A stretch of 64,000 bases of DNA, taken from Candidatus Latescibacterota bacterium (GTDB lineage Bacteria > Latescibacterota > UBA2968 > GCA-2709665). Location: contig OZ242180.1 in the NCBI GenBank assembly GCA_965205485.1, forward strand, positions 4,416,001 to 4,480,000. Direction: 5' to 3'. Positions 1 through 9,053 of the stretch are shown piece by piece (position 1 is the first letter of the stretch; each line of letters opens with the position of its first letter). The translations under genes were made by a program, and so were the position numbers. Below the pieces are notes generated by a model that saw only the letters and a list, made by a program, of their open reading frames with translations, did not search any database and was not told the origin of the DNA.

Positions 1-550
1 AGGAGGAGGCGTTGCGGAACATCCAGAACATTTTGGTCACAGACGACACGTCCCAGGTGTTCAGGGGCTGGTTGAAGGAGGAGGCGTCCTGGAACATGCG
101 GTTCATGTCGGTCACAGACGACGTGTTCCATGAGTTCAAGGGCTGGTTGAAGGCGGTGGCGTGAGAGAACATGGCATGCATGTCGGTCACCGACGACACG
201 TCCCAGGAGTCCAGGGGTTGGTTGAATGGGGTGAAGGCGAACATGCCGGTCATGTCGGTCACGGACGACACGTCCCAGGAGTCCAGCGGCTGGTTGAAGG
301 AACGGGCGTGAGAGAACATGCCGTCCATGTCGGTCACGGACGACGTGTTCCAGGAGTTCAGGGGCTGGTTGAAGACGGGGTTTCTGAAGAACATGTTGTG
401 CATGGAGGTCACAGACGACACGTCCCAGGAGTCCAGGGGCTGGTTGAAGGCAGAGGTGTCCCAGAACATTCCGTACATGTTGGTCACCGAGGAGACGTCC
501 CAGGAGGAGATATCGCCGTTGAAGGAGGTGGCCATGTTGAACATGTAGCT
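1..550 (-). repeat. 75-bp tandem coding repeats, module 2 (at least 7 units, truncated by window edge)
   Basis: Same core and period as module 1. Confidence 0.92.
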
Positions 551-2653
551 GGCGTCGGTGACGCGCGAGAGGTCGGGGGCGTCCGTCGCATTGTATCCCA
601 TGTTCGACGCGCCCTGGAACGCCTCGTGCATCGACGTCCACCGGGCCGTCCCCCACTGGTCGACGGAGACCAGCCTGTGCGCTACCGCGCGGTCGGCGAG
701 GTGGAATCGGGTGATGCCGTCGGATATGCGCACCGTGTAGGTACCGGCGGAATCATACCGGTGGGACTTTCTTCCGCTAACGTTCTCTTCCACGGTCCCG
801 TCGCCCCAGTCGATGGTGTACGTGCCGCTTGCCGGAATGGTGATGGACTGGCCGGGCGCGGTGGTCTTCCACGTGGTGACAAAGGCCGACCCGGACAAGT
901 AGTTGGGCAGTCCCGATACGTCTATGGTAAACGTCCGGGAGTTGCCGGAGCCAAAGTCTCCCGTGGAGGTCGCCGTGATGGTCACCGTGTACGCGTCCCT
1001 GGTGGGGGTCTCCTTCAGCATGAGTTTGGTGCCGTTCAGCTCGAAGGAGCCGGAGTCGCCGCCCGGGCCTATCCCGTAGACGGGGTTCTGCCGGTCAAGG
1101 AAGGCGTTCTGCGCTGATATGCGCCCGACGGTTCCCGTTGTATCGCTATAGTCGATTGACGTGTCATCCAGCACGATGTGCCAGTTTCCCAGGTTCTGCT
1201 CGAAGGCGGATGCGTCTTCGAACATGTAGCTCATGCTGGTCACGGACGACACGTCCCAGGAGTCCAGGGGCTGGTTGAAGGCGGTGGCGCCGTAGAACAT
1301 GTCCACCATGCTGGTCACAGACGAGACGTCCCAGGAGTCCAGGGGCTGGTTGAAGGCGGTGGCGCCGGCGAATATGCTGTACATGTTGGTCACAGACGAG
1401 ACGTCCCAGGAGTCCAGGGGCTGGTTGAAGGAGGTGGCGCCGTAGAACATGCCGGCCATGGAGGTCACAGACGACACGTTCCAGTCGGAGACGTCGCCGT
1501 TGAAGGAGGTGGCGCCGTGGAACATGCTGCCCATGTCGGTCACAGACGACACGTCCCAGGAGTCCAGGGGCTGGTTGAAGGAGGTGGCGCCGCGGAACAT
1601 GTAGTTCATTGTTTTCACCGACGACACGTCCCAGGAGTCCAGCGGCTGGTTGAAGGAGCGGGCTTCCTCGAACATGCCGTGCATTGATTTCGGAGACGAC
1701 ACGTCCCAGGAGTCCAGGGGCTGGTTGAAGGAGCGGGCGTGGCGGAACATTTCATACATGTAGGTCACCGACGACACGTCCCAGGAGTCCAGCGGCTGGT
1801 TGAACGCGTAGGCGCGGTTGAACATGCCGTTCATTGTTTTCACCGACGACACGTCCCAGGAGTCCAGCGGCTGGTTGAAGGAGTGGGCGTTGGAGAACAT
1901 GGAGAACATTGGTCACAGACGACACGTCCCACGAGTTCAGGGGCTGGTTGAAGGCATGGCGGTGGAGAACATGCGCGCTATCCGGTCACCGACGACACGT
2001 CCCAGGAGTCCAGGGGTTGGTTGAAGGAGCGTGGCGCTGGAGAACATCAGCGCCATGCTGGTCACAGACGAGACGTCCCAGGAATTCAGGGGTTGGTTGA
2101 AGGCATCGGCTTTGTGGAACATGTGCGATTTCATGTTGGTCACAGACGAGACGTCCCAGGAGGACAGGTCGCCGTTGAAGGATGAGGCACCATAGAACAT
2201 GTAGCTGGCGTCCGTGACGCGCGAGAGGTCGGGGGCGTCGGTGGCGTTGTATACCATGTTGGATGCGCCCTTGAACGCCTCATGCATCGACGTCCACTCG
2301 GCCGTCCCCCACTGGTCGATGGATACCAACCTGGGCGCGACTCCCCGGCCGTTGGCGAGGTGGAATCTGGTGATGCCGTCGGATATGCTCACCGTGTAGG
2401 TACCGGCGGAATCATACCTGTGGGTCTGCCTGCCCCTGACGTCCTCTTCCACGGTCCCGTCGCCCCAGTCGATGGTGTACGTGCCGCTTGCCGGAATGGT
2501 GATGGACTGGTTGTTCGCTGTCGTTCGCCACGTGGTGACAAACCAGCTGGATGGGATGGATTGGCCATGTGCTGCGTCAGGACTGACAGCAACGGCCACG
2601 CACATGGCCACCACCAATACAAATAGAATGTCGTGGAATCTGGTTCTACGCAT
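1..2653 (-). CDS. Secreted BspA-family/DUF285 leucine-rich-repeat surface protein (signal peptide, PKD-like domain, LRR array, cadherin-like linker, second PKD-like domain and LRR array); frameshifted at about 1890-2035; 3' end outside window
   Basis: AGGAG before ATG 2653; hydrophobic N-terminus; FVTTW..YTIDWGDG motif twice; 25-aa repeats FNQPLDSWDVSSVTxMxxMFxxAxS; frame appears open by manual translation from about 1890 to the window edge. Confidence 0.88.
1190..2200 (-). repeat. 75-bp tandem coding repeats, module 1 (about 13-14 units)
   Basis: Recurring + strand core gacgacacgtcccaggagtccaggggctggttgaagg at about 75-nt spacing. Confidence 0.92.
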
Positions 2654-2827
2654 ATGAATCTCCTGCATATGGCTGATCGACATTGGGGGTCACGGGATCG
2701 TGGCTCAGGTCATCGGCCACGTCCGTCACGAGATCCCGCATGCATGTATCGTCTGCGACGATGCGTATACAGAGTGATCTTCCGGTTGAGACGGTCTCCG
2801 GTCTACCTTGCTCGCATATAATATGTA

Positions 2828-2902
2828 ATTATCGTGATAATATCCATTATAAAGTAACGTTGAGGTGAATTTACAATTAACAATCATGATTTTATCGTGA
2901 TA
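2828..2902. promoter_or_regulatory. AT-rich divergent promoter region with two TTATCGTGATA boxes
   Basis: ATTATC-gt-GATAAT at 2828-2841 and TTATCGTGATA at 2892-2902; minus strand TTGTAA-N18-TATAAT (2876-2847); plus strand TTTACA-N17-TATCGT (2870-2898). Confidence 0.5.
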
Positions 2903-2992
2903 TTTTGCTCAGGCACAGGGATTCCCGGGGATACCGGTCTGGAGGCCCGCGGCCGTGGGTTGCCGTCTATCCCTGAACGGCTAACCTGACAC

Positions 2993-3038
2993 AAAAAAAG
3001 CCCTGCTGACGTCGGTGTCGGCAGGGCCTTTTCCTTTT
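2993..3038. terminator. Bidirectional intrinsic terminator downstream of ggt
   Basis: A7, stem gccctgctgac/gtcggcagggc, then cttttcctttt. Confidence 0.75.
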
Positions 3039-3114
3039 CGTTTATCAGTACGACTTGCAACGGATGCGTGCGTTTATTGCTCGCTCTTTGCAAATTGAGG
3101 GGTTTTCTCTCTAA

Positions 3115-4744
3115 CTATCCCTCCAGCCCGGCCGCATGGCGGCCCGCGGCGGGATCCCCGGCGGCGTGGAACCGTCCGTTTTCCTGATCGATGAAGAGCA
3201 TGACCGGGGTCGCGATCGGACCGGCGATTGACGCCACGCGATGCCCGCGCGAGGCGAGTTCGGCACGTACGTCCCGGCTCACGCGGTCGCTAATGTTCAG
3301 CGAACCGACCTGTTTGAACGTCGCGGGACGTTCGGGATTGGGATCGAACGAGTCCTCGTGGTGGGCCGTGGCGAAGCGCGGCGCGGTGACGGCGTTATCA
3401 GGAAGCATGTCGAACTCGATGAAATCCAGGAGCAGGTTCAGCGTCGCCTGGTCCTGCAGGTCTCCGCCTGCGACGCTGATCGCCAGAATCGGCCTGCCGT
3501 CCTTCAGGACAAGCGTGGGCGTCAGCGTGATGCGCGGGCGTTTCCCCGGCTGGATGCAGTTGGGATGACCGGGGGTCGTATTCAGGCTTCGCAGGCGGTT
3601 TCCGTACGACACCCCCGTCCGACCGCCAAGTGGCGTTTCGCCCCGGTACACATTCGCACTCGGCGTTGCCGAAACGACGTTTCCCCAGCGGTCCGCGACC
3701 ACGCACGTCGTCGTACCGCCGATACCCGGTTCGAACACGCCGTTCGCCTCGAAGCGCCTTCATTCCGTAAGGATCGCCCGGACGGGCTTCAAGCGAGGCT
3801 TTCCCCATATCGATGAGCGGCCGGCGGATTTCGGTATATGCGTCCGACAGCAATTCCGACATCGGAACGTCCGCGAATTCCGGATCGGCATAGTACGCGT
3901 CTCTATCGGCCATGGCCAGCTTGAGCGCTTCCACGGCCACGTGCACGTAATCCGCGGAAAGGTGGCCCATGGATTTCAGGTCGTAGCCCTCCAGGAGCCG
4001 CAGGGCCTGGCAGAGGTACGGGCCCTGCGTCCACGGACCGCATTTATACACGTCGTATCCCCGGTAGTTGACCGCGACGGGATCTTCAATCAGCGTCCGG
4101 TGGGCCGCCAGGTCCGCCTTGCGAAGAAAGCCGCCCTTTTCAACGTAGTCCGCTTCCAGTTCGTCCGCGACGTCCTGGCTGGCCCCGTTTCGTCCGTAGA
4201 AACGGTCGCTCGCGGCCGCCACCTTCTCCTCGCGGCTTCCACGCGCCGCCTGTTCGGCCTCAACCAGCCTGCGCAGCGTCACCGCGAGCCTGGGATGCCA
4301 GGATTCCTCTCCTTCATCCAGGATTGCCAGCGTGGGGGAAACGATTGCTTCGAACGACTGACTGCCGTACCGGATGAGCAGCGTCGTGCACAGATCCACG
4401 ACCGAAGGGACCGGGGCCATCTTCATGTCCCTGTCGGGAATGCCGTGTTCCATGTACCAGTCGATCGCTTCCCGCGAGAGCGGCGCCCGGCCCTGCCCGG
4501 AAAGCGTCTTCACTTCATTCCTGCCCGCATCGTAGAGGATCACCGGCACCTCGCCGCCGATCGAACAGGCGCCGTGGTCGGTCACGTTCAGCGCGAGGAT
4601 GGTCCCCGCCGCCGCATCGGCCGCGTTCCCGCACCGTTCCAGAATTTCGATCCCCGCGGCCACGGCGCCCGCGCCCCCCGCGGCAACCGCGCCCGTACTG
4701 CTGACGGCGTTCCAGCCTGTTTCGAAGTCACTGGTATGCGCCAT
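3115..4744 (-). CDS. ggt: Gamma-glutamyltransferase family protein, split by a +1 frameshift near 3752
   Basis: GNAADAA and SIGGE in ORF 3398-4744; GTTTCVVADRWGN, PGKRPRITLTP and GGDLQDQ in ORF 3115-3738. Confidence 0.85.
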
Positions 4745-4745
4745 T

Positions 4746-6092
4746 CTATCCTTCCCCCGCGCGCGCCCCGTCGTAGGTCTCTGTCTTGAAAAGCGCCCGC
4801 TGAAACGCGAGGTATTCGTCTTTTGTCATCGCCGGCTTGTAATCCCTGAGCAGACCCGCCGCAGTTTCACCCTCGCCGTAAAGCAGGTCTACCGCCATCA
4901 GCGCCAGCGATTTCGCGGGCGCAAGATATCCCATTTCCTTGTCCGAAATGTGCCAATCCGCGCTGTGCCCCACACCGTCCGCTCCCGCCATATAGGGATG
5001 GATCGCCGGCATGATGTGGGAAAGATCTCCCATATCGGTGGACCCCGTTCTGTGGGAGACCTCACAGACCTCGTCGTCGCCGAACAACGCCTTCGAATTC
5101 GCTTCAAATATCGCGCTCATCGCCGGATCGTTCCGAAGCGGCAGGTATCCCGGAAGCGTTTCGATTTCCACGCGCGCGCCCACCGCCATCGCCCCGGCGC
5201 GGATCGCGCGGTCGACCTTTTCGTTGGCGTCCAGCATGGCTTCGTTCGTCTTTCCCCTGACGTAGGTCTCCATCCGGACTTCCGCCGGCACCACGTTCAC
5301 GATATCTCCGCCCTTGGTGATAATCGGGTGCACTCGGATCGCGTCGCCATCCCGAAACGTCTCCCGCTGCGCGTGAATGGCCGCCAATGCGATCTGCGCG
5401 GCGTTCAACGCGTTGATTCCCCTGTGCGGCGCGCCCCCGGCGTGCGCGGCCTTGCCGATGAAGTGGATCATCTTCACCAGGCACCCGTTGCACGACTCGG
5501 AAATCGCCGCTTTCTTCATATTGTGGTCGCTGTGCGTGTGGATCATCGCCGCCACGTCGACGTCGTCGAAATGCCCGAGCCGGACGAGTTCCGGTTTCCC
5601 GCCCAGAAACTCCAGCTTTCCCTCCCTGACCAGTCCCATCCGGTACTCCACCTCGATATATTCTTCCGCCGGCACGGCGAAGAACACGACGTTTCCGGCC
5701 ATGGACTCCGCCGCACCGGTGTCCACCATCCCCATCATCGCCCCCAGCAGCCCGGCCATCTGGGCGTTGTGGCCGCACGCGTGGGCGGCGCCGGTATCGG
5801 GGTCCGCCATGGGATGGTCCGGTACGACGAGTGAATCCAGCTCCCCGATCAGGGCCACGGTCGGGCCGGGCTTCGCGCCCCGGAGGATACCCTTTACGCC
5901 CGTAATGCCAAGCCCGGTTTCGGGTGAAATCCCGAATTCCTCCATGGTGTCTTCCGCCAGCCTGGCGGTCTCGAATTCCTTGAATCCGGTCTCGGGGTGG
6001 GCCATGATGTGGTCCCCGATCCGCTCGATCTGTCCCCTGCGGCGGTCGATGGCCTCGCAGATCTTTCGCTTCAACGCCTCTTTGCCGTCCAT
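4746..6092 (-). CDS. M20D amidohydrolase
   Basis: HPETGFKEF, GELDSL, HACGHN, PAEE and GSTDMGD motifs; start trimmed to MDGKEALK after GAGGA. Confidence 0.9.
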   Translation of the reverse strand: MDGKEALKRKICEAIDRRRGQIERIGDHIMAHPETGFKEFETARLAEDTMEEFGISPETGLGITGVKGILRGAKPGPTVALIGELDSLVVPDHPMADPDTGAAHACGHNAQMAGLLGAMMGMVDTGAAESMAGNVVFFAVPAEEYIEVEYRMGLVREGKLEFLGGKPELVRLGHFDDVDVAAMIHTHSDHNMKKAAISESCNGCLVKMIHFIGKAAHAGGAPHRGINALNAAQIALAAIHAQRETFRDGDAIRVHPIITKGGDIVNVVPAEVRMETYVRGKTNEAMLDANEKVDRAIRAGAMAVGARVEIETLPGYLPLRNDPAMSAIFEANSKALFGDDEVCEVSHRTGSTDMGDLSHIMPAIHPYMAGADGVGHSADWHISDKEMGYLAPAKSLALMAVDLLYGEGETAAGLLRDYKPAMTKDEYLAFQRALFKTETYDGARAGEG

Positions 6093-6112
6093 GTGTTCCT
6101 CGTACGCGTCGT

Positions 6113-7162
6113 TCAACGGATCTTGACCAGCAGTACCAGCAGGATTGGCGTTACGAACGCCTGAAGCAGGATGAACCGCACGAGCACGTGGGTATTCGAC
6201 CAGCCGTTCTTGTGCCGGAAGTGATCGTGCAGCGGATAACGGACCGTCCTGAATATTCCGATTTTCAAAAACCGCAGAAACGCAACTTTCAGGAGCCCCG
6301 TGGCGCCGTTCACAAGAACCACGCCGGCGACGACCACGATCAGAAACGGATTGCCGCACGCCAGAACCAGGATCCCGAGCAGGAAGCCCATCGGCCGGGA
6401 GCCCGCGTCGCCCATGAGAACCGAACTGGGATACGCATTGTACCAGAGGTAGCCGGCCAGACATCCGGCCATGATAAATGCAAACAGCGCCCAGACCGCG
6501 CCATCCGGGTAATGCGGCACGAGCAGATACCTGGCGATGTCCCGGTGTCCCACGATCCCGTACAGAATCGTGGCCAGGTAGACGAATGCCATCACGCTCA
6601 AACTGCCCGACAGCCCGTCCACGCCGTCGGTACAGTTGGTGGCGTTGATTGAGACCCAGATCAGCAATGCGGCCCCGGGCACGAAAATCCACGGCGGAAC
6701 CGATACAGGCGTCTTCATCAGCGGCAGCCAGAGTTGAACGGGTTCCAGCTGACAGATGACCATGGCGCCCAGCAACGATATGCCCAGATCGATCGCGCCC
6801 ACGCGATACTCGCCCCATCCGCCCGGACTTCGATCGTCCAGAAACCCTGCCACCATCGCGAGCAGGACGCACCCGAGGATCTGCCAGTACTGGAATCCCG
6901 GCGGGAGGACGAGGATACATACGGCGACGTAGATCGGTATGAAGATGATGCCGGCGCCAACCGGTTTGCCGTGGCTCTGTTCGTTCTCGACGGCGTACTC
7001 CCGGCCCCGGTCCTTGGGCAGGCGCATCCACAGCCGGGGCAGCAGACGCCAGGTGAAGAACCCGGCCATCGCCGTGCCGAGGACGGCCAGAAACAGATAG
7101 GACGTCAACAGCCGAAGGGGTCCGTAAACGTCCGCGAAACGCTCTCCCAGCCAGAAAAGCAA
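6113..7162 (-). CDS. mraY: Phospho-N-acetylmuramoyl-pentapeptide transferase (MraY-like)
   Basis: GFLDD, NATNCTDGVDGL, MGDAGS and PLHDH motifs; multiple TM segments; TTG start uncertain. Confidence 0.8.
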   Translation of the reverse strand: MLFWLGERFADVYGPLRLLTSYLFLAVLGTAMAGFFTWRLLPRLWMRLPKDRGREYAVENEQSHGKPVGAGIIFIPIYVAVCILVLPPGFQYWQILGCVLLAMVAGFLDDRSPGGWGEYRVGAIDLGISLLGAMVICQLEPVQLWLPLMKTPVSVPPWIFVPGAALLIWVSINATNCTDGVDGLSGSLSVMAFVYLATILYGIVGHRDIARYLLVPHYPDGAVWALFAFIMAGCLAGYLWYNAYPSSVLMGDAGSRPMGFLLGILVLACGNPFLIVVVAGVVLVNGATGLLKVAFLRFLKIGIFRTVRYPLHDHFRHKNGWSNTHVLVRFILLQAFVTPILLVLLVKIR

Positions 7163-7312
7163 ATCCGAATCCCTATCGATGTTCGCCAAAATGAGATTGC
7201 GCCCGATAAGGCTTGTACCCGGGCAACCGGCCAGTTAATCGCTGTTTTACCTGTCTTCGACAATGTAAGCCCATCCCGCGAAAAGGACAAGGGCTAGATG
7301 AAAATTCCGCGC

Positions 7313-7341
7313 TTGACAATTCGTGGCCGAGCTTCTATCTT
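7313..7341 (+). promoter_or_regulatory. Sigma70-type promoter of the metG leader
   Basis: TTGACA-N17-TATCTT. Confidence 0.7.
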
Positions 7342-7369
7342 TACGCGCACACAATAAGGGGTACTTTAA

Positions 7370-7528
7370 ATGAAATGCGTTCAGATTTCAGCAAACAAGC
7401 GCCATGTATCGGGGCGACCCTCAGCCTTAAGGCATGGCACGGCGTCGACTCGCGTCGCCGCGATTGCGATGTGCATGATGTCCTCCTTCTCTAACGGACA
7501 TCCCGCGGCGGAGCATTCCATGAATTGA
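7370..7528 (+). CDS. Putative metG leader peptide, 52 aa (MKCVQISANKRHVSGRPSALRHGTASTRVAAIAMCMMSSFSNGHPAAEHSMN)
   Basis: Manual translation; TAAGGGG RBS 8 nt upstream; ATG-TGC-ATG-ATG at 7469-7480; too short for the ORF track. Confidence 0.6.
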   Translation: MKCVQISANKRHVSGRPSALRHGTASTRVAAIAMCMMSSFSNGHPAAEHSMN

Positions 7529-7557
7529 ACTGAACGACATTGGTACCGTAATCGACC

Positions 7558-7596
7558 AACCCACCGCCGGCGGATCGGCGGTGGGTTTTTCCTTTT
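7558..7596 (+). terminator. Attenuator-type intrinsic terminator immediately before metG
   Basis: 12-bp stem aacccaccgccg/cggcggtgggtt followed by tttcctttt, ending about 15 nt before ATG 7611. Confidence 0.8.
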
Positions 7597-7610
7597 CCAG
7601 AGGACTCGCC

Positions 7611-9047
7611 ATGAAGACCGCCTATGTATCGACGTCGATTCCCTACGTCAACGCCCGCCCACACGTGGGCTTCGCGCTGGAGCTCGTTCAGGCCGACGTG
7701 ATCGCCCGCTGGCGCCGGCTGCAGGGCGACGACACGTTCCTGCTGACCGGTACGGACGAGAACGCTTTCAAGAACGTGCAGGCCGCCGAGAGCGAAGGCC
7801 TGACCCCCCGGCAGCTCTGCTACCGGAACGCCGCTGTCTTCCGGGACCTCGCAAGGGCCCTCGATATCTCTTATGACGCTTTCATTCGCTCCTCCTCCGA
7901 CGCCCACTTCCGCGGGGCCTCCCGGTTCTGGACGGCCTGCCGGAAGGAGGATATCGTCCTCAGAAAATACCGGGGTCTGTATTGCGTGGGCTGCGAAGAC
8001 TTCTACTTGAAAAGGGATCTGGCCGACGGACGGTGCCCGGTACATGGCGTCGTTCCCGAGAACGTCAAGGAAACGAACTATTTCTTCCGCCTGTCCGCCT
8101 ATCAGAAGCTGCTGGAGACGCTGATAGCATCCGGGAAGCTTCGCATTCTCCCGGAAACCAGGCGAAACGAGGCGCTCGGGTTCATCCGCCAGGGCCTGCA
8201 GGATTTCAGCATCTCCCGCAATCGGGAAAGATCGGGAGGCTGGGGCGTGCCCGTGCCCGGTGACCCGACGCAGGTCATGTACGTGTGGTTCGACGCCCTG
8301 ACCAACTACCTCACCGGCCCCGGTTACGGTTCAAACGAAGGCAATTTCGAACGCTACTGGGAGAACTGCTCCCACAGGATCCACGTGATCGGCAAAGACA
8401 TCCTCAAATTCCACGCGATATACTGGCCGGCACTGTTGCTCTCAGCCGGCCTGCCGCTGCCCCGGACGATCTTCGTCCATGGACACCTGACCGTGGAGGG
8501 TCGCAAGATCGGCAAGTCGCAGGGCAACGCCGTGGATCCGTTCCCACTGATCCGGCGATACGGCGCCGACGCCCTCAGGTACTACCTGCTCCGCGCCGTA
8601 CGCTCAGGAGAGGACGGAGACGTATCGGAAGCCCGGCTCCGGGACCTCTACAACGCGGACCTGGCGAATGGCCTGGGGAACCTGGTGCGCCGGCTGGAGG
8701 CCCTCTGCGAGAGGTCCGGTCACGGTCCGGTGGATTCGTGCGACACCCGGATTTCGCCTGACCTTAGCGGCGCGCTGGACAGATTCGACTTTGCCGGCGC
8801 ACTCCGGACGATCTGGCAGCGAATCGGAAAGCTGAACCGCGAAATCGACGCGGCACGCCCCTGGGAATTTATGAAAAGACAGAAGGCCGGGAGGTTGTCT
8901 GAACACCTCACGGCCTGGGTCGGATCCGTTCTGGAAATTTCGCGGGTAATTAGACCCTTTCTTCCCGGTACTGCCAATAGAATCGAAACCGGTTTTTCGA
9001 AGTCCCGGATACAAAAAAGCCAGCCGCTTTTTCCAAGGCTGACATAA
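7611..9047 (+). CDS. metG: Methionine--tRNA ligase, short form
   Basis: IPYVNARPHVG, TGTDEN, Zn knuckle CVGC..CPVH, YVWFDAL, IGKDILKFHAIYWPA, KIGKS, LANGLGNL. Confidence 0.95.
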   Translation: MKTAYVSTSIPYVNARPHVGFALELVQADVIARWRRLQGDDTFLLTGTDENAFKNVQAAESEGLTPRQLCYRNAAVFRDLARALDISYDAFIRSSSDAHFRGASRFWTACRKEDIVLRKYRGLYCVGCEDFYLKRDLADGRCPVHGVVPENVKETNYFFRLSAYQKLLETLIASGKLRILPETRRNEALGFIRQGLQDFSISRNRERSGGWGVPVPGDPTQVMYVWFDALTNYLTGPGYGSNEGNFERYWENCSHRIHVIGKDILKFHAIYWPALLLSAGLPLPRTIFVHGHLTVEGRKIGKSQGNAVDPFPLIRRYGADALRYYLLRAVRSGEDGDVSEARLRDLYNADLANGLGNLVRRLEALCERSGHGPVDSCDTRISPDLSGALDRFDFAGALRTIWQRIGKLNREIDAARPWEFMKRQKAGRLSEHLTAWVGSVLEISRVIRPFLPGTANRIETGFSKSRIQKSQPLFPRLT

Positions 9048-9053
9048 GAAAAG

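Noticed and set aside
161..1687. Plus-strand His/Gly/Val-rich repeat ORFs (161-1117, 1178-1687)
   Set aside because: Antisense shadows of the DUF285 gene on the minus strand
1..2200. CRISPR array (constant repeat plus variable spacer look)
   Set aside because: Period is 25 codons, variable parts retain in-frame Met/Phe/Ala codons, and no cas genes are present
1..2653. Diversity-generating retroelement acting on the LRR gene
   Set aside because: No reverse transcriptase or non-coding template repeat in the window; cannot be excluded elsewhere in the genome
6093..7031. N-terminal extension of the 761-aa ORF 4746-7031
   Set aside because: Out-of-frame overlap with mraY; the amidohydrolase starts at 6092
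7535..7560. T-box riboswitch (TGGTACC at about 7541-7547)
   Set aside because: Flanking antiterminator helices and Stem I motifs not recognisable; the leader ORF explains the region better, though an Rfam scan is still advisable
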